The notes beneath the pieces are model-generated. The model searched no databases, was not told the origin of the DNA, and saw nothing but the letters and a program-made list of their open reading frames with translations. The position numbers and the translations under genes are program-made. A DNA stretch of 64,000 nt, from contig CM074522.1 of assembly GCA_037379345.1 (NCBI GenBank), positions 15,686,001 to 15,750,000 of the forward strand, given 5' to 3'. The stretch's first letter is position 1. Every line of letters starts with the position of its first letter. The stretch comes from Perna viridis. Its lineage: Eukaryota. Shown here in pieces: positions 40,701 through 51,304 of the stretch.

Positions 40701-41628
40701 ATTAAAGAGGGTACCAGTGTTTTTGACTTCGATGACACAGAACCAGAGCTGAAAATTGACACGACATTGAAACCAACCAGACAAAAGAAGGGCAGGAGAA
40801 ACACCCAAGATAATAACCTTACTGGGAAAGTCATGACCCCAGAGGTGAAGACCCCTTGTAGCCAGAATCATATGATTTCACCTCTTGAGAGCCGTTGGCA
40901 GTGTAAGAAAGATAATGAGTCTGAGAAGCCTGGTAACCACCCACCATTGAAGCTGACTATAGCCTTGGCTCACTCCAGTAGCCTTACAACATCCAGTACC
41001 AACACTACATCAAATGTTATCAACTCTGCTACTATCATTGATAGTACAATACCTAGTATCAAAAACAAGAAAGAGCCAGAAACTATTACCAAACCTACTA
41101 TGCCCTCAGTAACTAGTTTTGTTGATTCTATTGTTTCCATGGTAAACAAGACAGTACCGCCAACAACAACAATGGCTCCATCTGTTGTCAGTAAATCTAT
41201 GAGCAATGTGGATAAGATCATTGATGATGTGTCCAAGGGTATTTTTGACTTTGCCAAACCACCACAACAAGTTGAAATAAATAAGGAGCACTTGGTTCAT
41301 GAAATGATCCATGGCTTTAATCTTAAGCCTGTTGATATGGGAGGCATACCTATGTCCATGCAACCATCAAAGAAACGGCATGCTGCTCAACACAATGGGG
41401 AACAGGAAATGATGCCACCTCCTCAGATAACACCTCCACCTAGTCACGAGTTCGTTCCTCCACCAAGGTCATCACCAAACCAGATCCAACCTGCTGTGTC
41501 ATCACCATTTGGCTCTGTTGTGATGTCCTTACCACAGGCTCAGCCAATCCACACGGTACCAGTAACAACAGTAACCAGTTCATCAGTGTTACCTGTTGGA
41601 ACAACTTCAATTAGCACTGCTGGTCTAG
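31760..41628 (+). CDS. SPEN: SPEN giant exon K (9,869 nt, about 3,290 aa), charged intrinsically disordered central region
   Basis: ORF 31740..41669; acceptor ttttag at 31758-59 and donor G|gtaatt at 41629; phases fit exons J and L. Confidence 0.93.
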
Positions 41629-42120
41629 GTAATTATAACATGCTAAGTTATTTCGTTTTAAATCTGTAAATTTTGGTTATTTTATGTTAGATTTTGTTAT
41701 CAAAAAGTTCTAAAACAAGACTTTTATCATGCTACTTTTAGACCCTGCATAAAAAACAAGAAAAAGGTAATAAAACCAACCATATTTGATATATTTTAAA
41801 ATCTTTAAAATTTGGTTTTGTAATATTTGTTCAATTATTAATAGTAAGCAGCTTGTTGACATCTGTGGAACTCCTATCTAAAAAACAACAGGTGTTGAAT
41901 ATATAAGATCTACATCTACTTAGTATTGAATTGATTCCTACGTCACTTTTAATTTTAAGGGCATTACCTTTGTGACATATTTTCTAGAAATATTTTCTTA
42001 CGTTAATATTATAGAGAATAGGGAGAAAAAGTGATTACTATTTTATCTGTTAATATTTTGTGATTTCTTATAAGGATGAAATTATCATTTTAATGATACA
42101 CGTCTTTATCTTTTTTCCAG

Positions 42121-43457
42121 GACAAATTGGTGAACCACAAGTTATGTCTTTCAGCCAAGCACCAAGAGTAGTAGCCCAAATGACATCACCAAAGCACAAA
42201 CCACTGGATATGGCTCTCAATATGACCTCCAAAGCAGATTCAGTCATGTCAGCTCCACACTCCTTGTCCACAGCTGCTGTTGTTACCCAGACAACTACTA
42301 CCACCATGGCACAACAGAGTCCTGGACCATCTGTTGTCATGTCAACACAGAAACCCATGGTTACCAGTAGTGGAGGAAACACCACGGTCTTGGCTGGCAG
42401 AACTGTGACAGTGAAACCTCCGAACACCGAGGCGTATCTACATCAGATTGGCATTCCACCAGGAGTCATACCATCACAGGCCCATCAACCTGTGCCCAGA
42501 ATGCCAGACAACAAACCAGGCTTTCCAGCTGGTTTTATGCCCAACCCGGCATTTTCACGCCCTGAAATACCCCAGGAACACAACAGGCCATCACAAGGAG
42601 CACCCACAGACAAACAAATGGCAGTTACTTCATCTGCACCAACTTGTGTGGTACATCCAATTACTTCATCTAAAGGTGGAGTGGACCCCAAACTGATCCA
42701 TCAACAGATGATGCAGGCTATTAGTGGACGTCCTGGTACAATATCAACAACCAGCAGCGGTCAACCAATTCCACCAGCTCACATGCAGCCTAGTCAGGCC
42801 CAAATGTTGGAAAAAGAACAGTTTAGGAATATGACAGCAATGCAATGTCAACCCATGATGCATTTGATGGGCCAGCCTCCTCATGGCATGCCAAACCACA
42901 TTCAACACAAGGCAGAAAAGCCAACCAAGGGTAGACAATCTCAGAAGTCTGAAATGCAACAGTCAAATGAGCCCATGCAGAGACCACCTAGTGCACACAG
43001 TCAGAAACCATCAATCAGTGAATCACCTCGACCACACAGTGCACACAATAACATGGAGAATCATTTCAGAGAGATGTTTGCCAAGGGGCTTATACCACAA
43101 GAAATGCTGGCTAAAGGACTTATTCCACAGGAACTCCTAGCTAAAGGTCTAATCCCACAAGACCTTTTGGCTAAGGGCATGATCCAACATCCTCCTGCCA
43201 TTCTTCAAATATATCATCAACAGCAGCTGGCTGCGGCAAAAATGGAGGAGAAGAAAGGCCATAAGATCCACCAGCCAAAAGAAATGGTGTCACCAGGAAT
43301 TGCCCATCAGCCTTCAAGTATGATTCCAGCATCATCACAGTCCTCTAATCCTCAGATTAAGTCTCCAGCTTTGGCTCAAACAGCACCTAGTCCTCATCCA
43401 GTGTTCTCGCAGCCCTCAACATCACAGACAAGACCTAACAGTCCTGGACATAAAAAG
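42121..43457 (+). CDS. SPEN: SPEN exon L, Pro/Gln/Thr-rich region
   Basis: ORF 42060..43502; acceptor ttttttccag, donor AAG|gtaggc; 1,337 nt. Confidence 0.92.
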
Positions 43458-43634
43458 GTAGGCCAAATTATCTGTACTTACAATGTGGAATGTTACTTGT
43501 GACATGCACTTGCAAGTTGCCACTTTCATTTTAATAACTTGACCTTAACATGTAAATTTTCTTCAATTTTGAAAGGTTATTATGTCAAATTGAGATATTT
43601 TCTTGTACTGTGATGTAAGTTTGAAAGAAGTTGT

Positions 43635-43845
43635 TACTGTGAAAGTACTTTCATTTGTGTGTACCAATATTTGTGGTTTAGGGAAAAATTATCAATTCAT
43701 AGATTCAATAATTCGTGGATTTGACATCTCTACCATACAAATGAATTGGAAAGTTCCTTTTCGTCTGGAACCAAATTTCATGGTTTGCCTATTCCATGAA
43801 AACCACAAAAATTGGTACTCCTTGAATAATAATACTTTCACAGTA
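43635..43845. mobile_element. MITE (TACTGTGAAAGTA...TACTTTCACAGTA)
   Basis: 13-bp perfect terminal inverted repeat; a diverged family member lies in opposite orientation at 46135-46345. Confidence 0.75.
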
Positions 43846-44323
43846 TTCGTAGGCTGCAAATTTTTTTGTTTGCTTCATCTTGTTAGGAATGTGATACCAT
43901 TCTGAATAAATGATAAAGGTCAATTTTGAAAGATTTAGACTTGTATATGAATATGTATTTCCTAACAGCTATGACATGATCATGCTACAACACATCAGTG
44001 CAAGTTTAACAACTCATGGTTTTATCTTCCATTCAAGAAGTTAATTAAGACTAGCAATAAATATGTCATATTGCACAGGTTAAATCTGTGTTATTAATAG
44101 AAAGAAGTTTCATAATGTCAGTGTGAAATTCAGCAGTTTGTAATAGAAACTTCTGTCTTTATAGTCTTACGTGTCCTTGCTTGAATGAATGCTTTATATA
44201 AAGTTCAGAAATCATACAGATACAACACACTTCAGAGTAGTTATGGTAAATTAGTGTCTGTACCATTGTATTTTGGAGAAATATATATATATATATATAT
44301 AATTATTTCATGCCTATTTTTAG

Positions 44324-44441
44324 ATGAATGATAAGATAATGTCCACCCAATGGACAAATGAAAGTCCAGTTGATGCCCGAAATGAAGCCCAGAGGTCCAG
44401 ACCAACTTCAGTTGAGCCAGCACCTTCACCTAAACACTGGG
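44324..44441 (+). CDS. SPEN: SPEN exon M (MNDKIMSTQWTNESPVDARNEAQRSRPTSVEPAPSPKHW)
   Basis: Acceptor ttttag, donor G|gtaagt; required to bridge the phase 0 end of L and the phase 1 start of N. Confidence 0.85.
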
Positions 44442-45163
44442 GTAAGTTGTTGTCTTTACTGAAAAAAGTATACTGTAAATGTATACTGTAAATGTACCAA
44501 TTTTCACTATTTTCAGGGAGGACAGAATACCACAAAAAATAGTACCTGCGAAATTATTTTAAACACAATATATAATGGTTAACCTTTTTTGAAATCATGA
44601 AAGTTGATACCTGCGAGAATTTTCAGTTGACAGAATCTGGGAAAAATGATTGAAGTTTACAGGAATTCAAAGGTTTAAGATTTTTATTTTTTTTTGTTTT
44701 ATTGTAATTATTATGAGTATTAGAAGAAGAAAAAAAAATTCTTGCTCTTCAAACAATTATCAGTGCTGTTTGAATGATAAGTTTTTGAAAAAAGTAAAAC
44801 TTAAATCAGATGTCTGTAGTCTGATAGGACTACACAAACATAAGAGAAAACAACAAACCAATTTATTGGCCAAATTTCACTTATGAAAATCAGGTTACAG
44901 TATGTTAAATGGTGGGTGGGAGGAGAAAATATTTTTATAACATTTTTTTCTGCAACTACTAATTGCAGCCCCTTAGTATTTGGTATCCATCATCAGGTGT
45001 GGGTCCCATACCGGGTGGTCCGATTTCAGACATGTTTAATGAAATTCCGCCATTTCTTTCTTTGACCAATCTGTTTATAGTCTTAGTTGACATTTCATTA
45101 CTATACTAGTGAACAATTCCATTTCATTGACTTGGTTTTCATTTTATTATTTTTACATTGTAG

Positions 45164-45918
45164 GATATAGTGGCAATCAGCAGCCAAAACCAGCTCACCA
45201 GCCTAACCTGGATTCAAACAGCAAGACTCATCAGGAGGCTATACGTCTGATAGAACAGCACAAACAACAGGAGATGATGAGAATGCAAGAACAGGAGAGA
45301 GCCAAGATTCAGGAAATTCAGCGTCAAGAAATTCAGAGGCGTGAAGAAATCTTACGACAACAGGGAATTAAATCTCGGGAGAATGTACCATCTACGTCGA
45401 CAAACTCCTCCCAGCAAGCTGAGCGTGATCGACAGACGGCATCAGTACCGGGTAAACCAAGGTCGAATCATATGCCATCACATACAGAGAGTGGACCAAG
45501 TGTCATTGATCCAAGAATGCACCATCTTCAAGATCTAAGAGCTGGAGCTCGTGGGCCTGGAGCTTTCCCAGCTCCTGGTAGTGATATGTTGCAGGGTATT
45601 CCAGAGCACTTGTATCGTGATCCTGCATTCCAGCAGAGGCTTGCAGCACTTAGAATGCCTCCACATCTCCTTGATCCACATCTGTTACCCCAAGGTTACC
45701 CTCTTGGCTTGCCACACCCATACCTTGGTGCTTTGCCTTTGGACCATCCTCACATGGCTGATGCTCGTCCCCCCTCTAGAGGAAGCAACCAGGGTATGAG
45801 GACCCCTCCCCCACGCCAGGCACATCAGGCTGTGGTAAAGAGTCCAGCTGTACCTGCCCAGAACAGACAGATGCCTGACCCACCACCTGGTGAAGGAAGT
45901 CTTGTCAGCCTCTTACAG
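45164..45918 (+). CDS. SPEN: SPEN exon N, Gln-rich helix and Pro-rich linker up to SLVSLLQ
   Basis: ORF 45109..45948; acceptor ttgtag, donor CAG|gtatgt. Confidence 0.92.
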
Positions 45919-46134
45919 GTATGTACATTAGTTTTTAAGTCAGCATAATTTGTGTGGTTCGGTGCTTTCATGTCTTGGTATTTTAAAGAAATATGAACGT
46001 CTTAGTGTGCACAAAGAGAAGGGAAAAAAAACAGGGAAAAATATCCCTTCTAAAATGATTATCATAATAAAAGCAATGCTTACAACATTTAGCATGAATA
46101 AGCAATCGGAATGTTTAGAATAAAAGCATTAATA

Positions 46135-46345
46135 TACTGTGAAAGTATTATTGTTCGTTGGGTACTAATTTTCATGGAATTTGTGGGTTTGGTAAACTAT
46201 GAAATTAAGTTCACAAAGAAAACGACATTTTTCATTCGTTTGTATGATTGAGTTTTCAAATACCCGGAATCAAGAATCCACGAAATGATCATTTTTCCTT
46301 AAACCAAGAAAATTGGTACCTACTATTAAATGTACTTTTACAGCA
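46135..46345. mobile_element. MITE, same family as 43635-43845, inverted orientation
   Basis: Its 3' end reverse-complements to the 5' part of the 43635 copy (ggtttagggaaaaattatca versus tgatcatttttccttaaacc). Confidence 0.7.
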
Positions 46346-46464
46346 TATGATATATATTAAAATAGATATACTCATGTATGAAACAGATACCAATGAAAGT
46401 AAAATATAAAAAAGCAAATGTCACTGTAACCAGCAAATGTTAATGTAACCAGTTTATTTTACAG

Positions 46465-46668
46465 AGATATCCAGTGATGTGGCAGGGTACTTTAGCTCTG
46501 AAGAATGACAGCTGTGCTGTGCAGATGCATGTGATATCTGGGTATAATGCCCTTGTCCAGACTGCCCTGCCTCAGCAGATAATTGAGGGCACCTGCCAAC
46601 CTCTGAGAATTGCCCAGAGGATGAGACTTGAAGCAGCACAGCTAGATGGAGTTATCAAGAGAATGCAG
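46465..46668 (+). CDS. SPEN: SPEN exon O, SPOC domain part 1 (RYPVMWQGTLALKND...LRIAQRMRLE)
   Basis: Acceptor ttttacag, donor CAG|gtatgt; SPOC signature sequence. Confidence 0.96.
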
Positions 46669-47039
46669 GTATGTAATCTACATGTGTCCTTGATTAAGGA
46701 TGTGGTTTGTTTACAAAGCTGTATTTTACTGATTATGTATTTCTGATTGTGCCAATTTTCACACGGTCTTCACACAGTCACACACCTTTTTAAAGGAATT
46801 GTCTGTATTTCTGTATCTTATATTTTACTTTTCTTAAGATACTATTAAATCTCTGTTGCTTTTGATGATACATTGGTTTTTTTGTTGTTTTTTTTGGTTT
46901 GGTTTTGTTTTGTTTTTTTTATGAATGTTTTGTCTTTTTTAATTTTTTTTCTTAAAATATTTAAATATTCTCAGCATCCTTGACCATCTGATATAGATTT
47001 ATACAAAACAATGTAATATAATTTTTCTATCTTCCACAG

Positions 47040-47198
47040 TATGACAAGGATTACTGCATGCTGTTAGCATTACCATGTGGAAGTGACCATGATGACATCA
47101 TTTTCCAAACTCGACAGATGTCAACAGGATTTATACAGTACCTACAACAGAAGCAGGCTGCTGGAATTGTTAACGTGGCTGATCCTAGATCTCAACAG
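47040..47198 (+). CDS. SPEN: SPEN exon P, SPOC domain part 2 (DYCMLLALPCG...FIQYLQQKQAAGIVNV)
   Basis: Acceptor cttccacag, donor CAG|gtagtt; SPOC signature YLxxKQAAGI. Confidence 0.96.
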
Positions 47199-47609
47199 GT
47201 AGTTTATTTATCTTACTCCTTCAGTGAAACCTGCCTATCCTAAAATAATTTTTGTCACTCAAAAGGAGTTTCATAATATTCATATCTTGTTCAGTAAAAA
47301 AAAAAAATAGAAAAAAAAGGCGAACTGCAACAAATACACCATTGTATAACCTTTATAAAAATAGTAAATACTTACAGAGCTTAGTCTGTGTTTTTGGATT
47401 ATGATTTAAATGTTGAATCTTACAAACAGGTCATTGATTAATATTTTTTTTAAGCCTAAATAATGTGCCTTTTAATTAAAGAGGTTCTTCTTATTTGTAA
47501 TAAAAAACTACAAATTAGTGATCTTAAAGAATATACCCCAAAATTAAGGCACAAAAGACATGGCTGTTTTTTATGTTGTTGGTTAATATAAATTTTGTTT
47601 TGTTTTCAG

Positions 47610-47741
47610 CCTGCCTATGTGGTTCACATATTTCCACCATGTGAATTTTCTCATGAAACACTTGGAAGACTAGGATTTGAGCTCTTACATCAAGTTCGTA
47701 ATCTCAGCCACTTACTTGTGATTATAACAACTGTTGCTTAG
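47610..47741 (+). CDS. SPEN: SPEN last coding exon Q, SPOC C-terminus (PAYVVHIFPPCEFS...HLLVIITTVA*)
   Basis: Acceptor ttttcag; in-frame TAG at 47739-47741. Confidence 0.95.
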   Translation, partial: PAYVVHIFPPCEFSHETLGRLGFELLHQVRNLSHLLVIITTVA

Positions 47742-50700
47742 AAGAGAGTTATTAAGATTTATATATAGAATGTACTAGTTACGTGGATATTATGTTTCTT
47801 AGACATGACTTTTACCTCGAATTTGACTTGATTTCACCGGACATGACAAAAACACAGGATATGACAGTAGGTCTCTTGGAGTTACATTCAAAAGGGAGAC
47901 AACCATGTATGCTACAAAACAAATGAAATGCAAAAAATCAGAATTAGTTTAGCTTGTTGGATTTACCAAAAGTCTTAACATCATTTCTATGAGGAATTAT
48001 GTGTTGTATGTCACAATTATGGAGTTACATAATATTAGAACTGGTTAGTCATGCCAAGATATTATCATAAATCTGATTAATCAATTCAAGATAGATGTTG
48101 AATGTGGATTATTTATATACTTGTGGAATATATATCTTATCTGATGTATGGAGATTTGACTTGATAGATTTTTGTGGAAGTGTTCATTACATGTTATAAC
48201 AGACATCTGTATCATGTATTGAATTATGTTATGCACATTAATATTTGTTCCCAATGTATATTATTGTGGATTTTAATTTTAAAAGTGCTAGTTTTTTTCA
48301 CTTGGATTTATCCTTGTTAATTGTACATGTATACTTGGATTAACTTCTGTTATTGTTCAGTACTTATTCCTTAGGATATCATCATTTTATGAAAAAAAAA
48401 TGAGTTTGTAACCTCAGAAATGGCTGGCTACTTCTACAATTTGTAATGGATCATTCAAATATAAAACTATCATTGTGTGAATATTGTAGCAGAGATTCTG
48501 GATATTCAATTTAACCAAGATGATGTCAGTTTCTTTCAATCTGTGTCCTGGTTGTTAGTTTTTATTTTTAAGCTGTTATGTTTAGCATTTTCTCTCAGCT
48601 TAGTATGTCAGCCCATTGTTTGGGAGATTAATGCTTAGTAATCTCAGGAGTAAAGACATAACACTGGTTTAGGATTATTTTTGCCGGGATGCTGCTCTTG
48701 TTTCTAATTGACTAAATGATGTGGTGTTTTTGTTTTTCATTGTGAGCTTAGGGAAATGTACAAATGACGTCATCAAGAGACCAGATCGGGCTTATTGACC
48801 TTGTAACCTTACGTTGTAGAGCGTAGAATCTATGCTTATGACTTGAAATCCAATGATTTGACTTAGGCCATGCGCTGACAAGCAGCGTCAATGCTGTACT
48901 TTTGACGTGCATGTAACTTTTCATGTTAGCGTCGTTTTTTATGATCTCAAGACATTATATTACTTGGTGAAGTTTGTCATAGGGCAGTGTATTTTTTTTT
49001 CATCGTATGATTTTCATTTTCATTGTCTAATTGTGCATGTCATCAAATAGTCATTGTGTCCTAAGCAGTTTAAAATTTGGCAGCTTTTTCACATCTCTGT
49101 TCAATTTAGGTGGAGTATTAAGGTTTTTCTTTTACAAAAAGTGCAGGCTCACTTTGTTTCTTAGTATATTTTATTGTTGCACAGAACAAATTTTAGATTT
49201 TCTTGTTTTGCATATTGTGTAATGCTTTGACAAAGGTGTTTGAGTTAACTTAATAAAAAAGTTCACTTCTTTTTAGTTAGAACTTCATTCATTAAACCAC
49301 TTTTAATCTTATATGAGCACTTTTAAGTGTATATTTAGATAGAAATTCTTGTATTGTTTACAGGTTGACTAATTTCTAAATTTACTTGATTTACAAATTT
49401 CTACTTTCGGAAAATAGCTTATTTATAAATGTTATGGAGTTAAGAGACTCATTTACAGTGAAACCTGTCTATACCACACCCCTTATGGTTTAGAAAGGTG
49501 TTTGGTTTACCCAGGTTTAAATTTTTTTAATGGATTTTTTTATAAAAGTGTCTGGTTTGGAAGGGTTTCCAGTTATTTGAGGGTTCAGTTTAGACAGGTT
49601 TATAGTTAATGGAGTGTTTAGTTTAGGCAGGTTACACTGTAGTATATTGATGTAGTGATCAGTACAGGAGTGGGAAGGGTTGGTTATCATTGTTTGTGTA
49701 GATGCATTGTTTTCATTCTCTTTTTTGCAGAAAGGCAGCAAATTTATTTTGATGGACTAGACCATTTCATGAACATTTTACATTTGAGAACATTTCATCA
49801 TTTGATACATTACAGTACAGAGTTTCTACAACTGGAAATAAAATTATCAGAAATTATGAAAACCTTTTAATAAATTGCACTCTGATACACTTTGGTAAAG
49901 TTTATTAATAAAGTTTTTATCATCATTGTCTTGATATATTTGGAATTTTATTATTTTAGGTGTGTTTAAAAGCTTAGTGTGCGAATTTGTGTACTATTCA
50001 ATCTCAATTTGATTTTTCGGCATTCAATGCAAAAGTTATTCCCAGAAAACAACTTGCATTGTGATCACAATACACATATTTTATCATAACCATTAGTCAA
50101 TGTAACATATCTAACCTCAACTTACTTTGTTCACTGTATCACTAATCCTACAGGCCAAAGATTGTGTGTGGAACGTCGATGAATGGGAACACTATTTATT
50201 GGAATGCAAGAGTTCTTTTTGTTAATCCCCATTGTGTATATTATACAATCTTGTAGATAGACAGAACTTTGTTGTGTACAGTTGTTGTTAGGTTTTTGTT
50301 ATTTACCCCTCCTTGTACATAATGTAAATCTTGCTGTATGTAAATAGTAACTCCCCTTTTTCTTAAAAGGGAGGTAATTCTGTGTATAAGTGTAAAATCT
50401 TAGTGTATGTATATAGTTACTTCCCTTTTGTTTTAAGGGGAAATAATTAGCGACCAATGGACATATGTTGTTAAAGATATTTGTGTGTTTTATGTAGAAG
50501 TTGACTTTGCAGTGCACAACTTAGAATTTTTTTTAAATATTTTTTTCTTAGATAAATCACAAGAATATTGATTATGGATCAATTTAAGATTGAAAAATTT
50601 TCTCGGTTCATAGTTTGAACAGCATTTTACTTGTCTTTCATAATTATTTAAACTTGCTGCTTTGGATTTTGCTAAAATAATATTTTTTTTGTAATTTCTT

Positions 50701-51045
50701 GAAGCTTTTTTAAATAATTTTTCTTGCAATTAATAAATGTTTTCAGGTTTTTATTTCTTGAGCTTTGTGTTTGAAACAGAATATAACCTCTGAGTCAACT
50801 ACTGAAATAAAAGTGCTTGGATGTACAATGGAGCTATTGAGAATTGTGTATATGTGTATGTTTCTGCGTGTGGATGTTGTACATGAACTGTGATATTGTT
50901 TAGAGTCAGTTATAAAGAGTTTTATTTTTGTAAATTATTTTGTACATTATCTTGGCTCAATATTTCTGTATAATACTTGTCCCACGTCATTTGGTCATTA
51001 AGAAGAACTTCCGCTTTAAACAAAATAAATAATGAATTAAAAAAT
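47742..51045 (+). promoter_or_regulatory. Probable long SPEN 3'UTR with candidate polyadenylation signals
   Basis: T/TG-rich sequence after the stop; AATAAA at 49869, 49907 and 51024, the last followed by a GT/T-rich tract. The end point is inferred. Confidence 0.5.
49456..49639. mobile_element. Tc1/mariner-type MITE inside the putative 3'UTR
   Basis: TA|cagtgaaacctgtcta ... taggcaggttacactg|TA. Confidence 0.7.
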
Positions 51046-51096
51046 TGTTTTTTGTTTTTTCATATTTACAAATTACCTGTCTGAAGTAGCTCTTAC

Positions 51097-51304
51097 GGAG
51101 GTAGACCTAGGGTAAGGGACATAAGTCTTGAAATCAGTGATATGTTTGTATCATATTCAAATTCACCAAAGCCTATCAAGCTTTCCTTTGAAACAGAAGG
51201 AAATCAGTCCAAGTTACTTTGATGCATGAGATAGATGTAAAATGCTGAATACAAACATTCTAATGATTTTTAAGAGTTGTGTCCCTTACCCTAGGTCTAC
51301 CTCC
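51097..51304. mobile_element. MITE with about 40-bp TIR and TTAA-like flanks (Kolobok-like termini GG...CC)
   Basis: ggaggtagacctagggtaagggaca pairs with tgtcccttaccctaggtctacctcc; flanks ttac/ttaa; second copy inverted at 61461-61671. Confidence 0.8.

Larger units (their letters stand above)
10817..47741 (+). other. SPEN: SPEN/split ends/SHARP gene, coding span within the window (5'-partial; 17 coding exons)
   Basis: Spliced translation gives three RRMs (GIRITNLPARSSDTSLRDGLFHEYKKYGKV; PKATRTLFVGNLEK; LGFGKSMPTNCVWVDNL) and a C-terminal SPOC domain (RYPVMWQGTLALKND...PAYVVHIFPPCEFS), the SPEN-family architecture. All 16 introns are GT-AG with matching phases. No RRM1 or start exon seen in 1-10816. 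Confidence 0.96.

Noticed and set aside
33656-42959. Numerous minus-strand and alternate-frame ORFs overlapping SPEN exons K and L
   Set aside because: Shadow ORFs from the biased composition of the real exons (Ser/Leu/Phe-rich antisense translations).
44965-45110. Possible extra exon (…SGVGPIPGGPISDMFNEIP…) between M and N
   Set aside because: No convincing donor, the frame ends in a stop, and M-N already join in phase.
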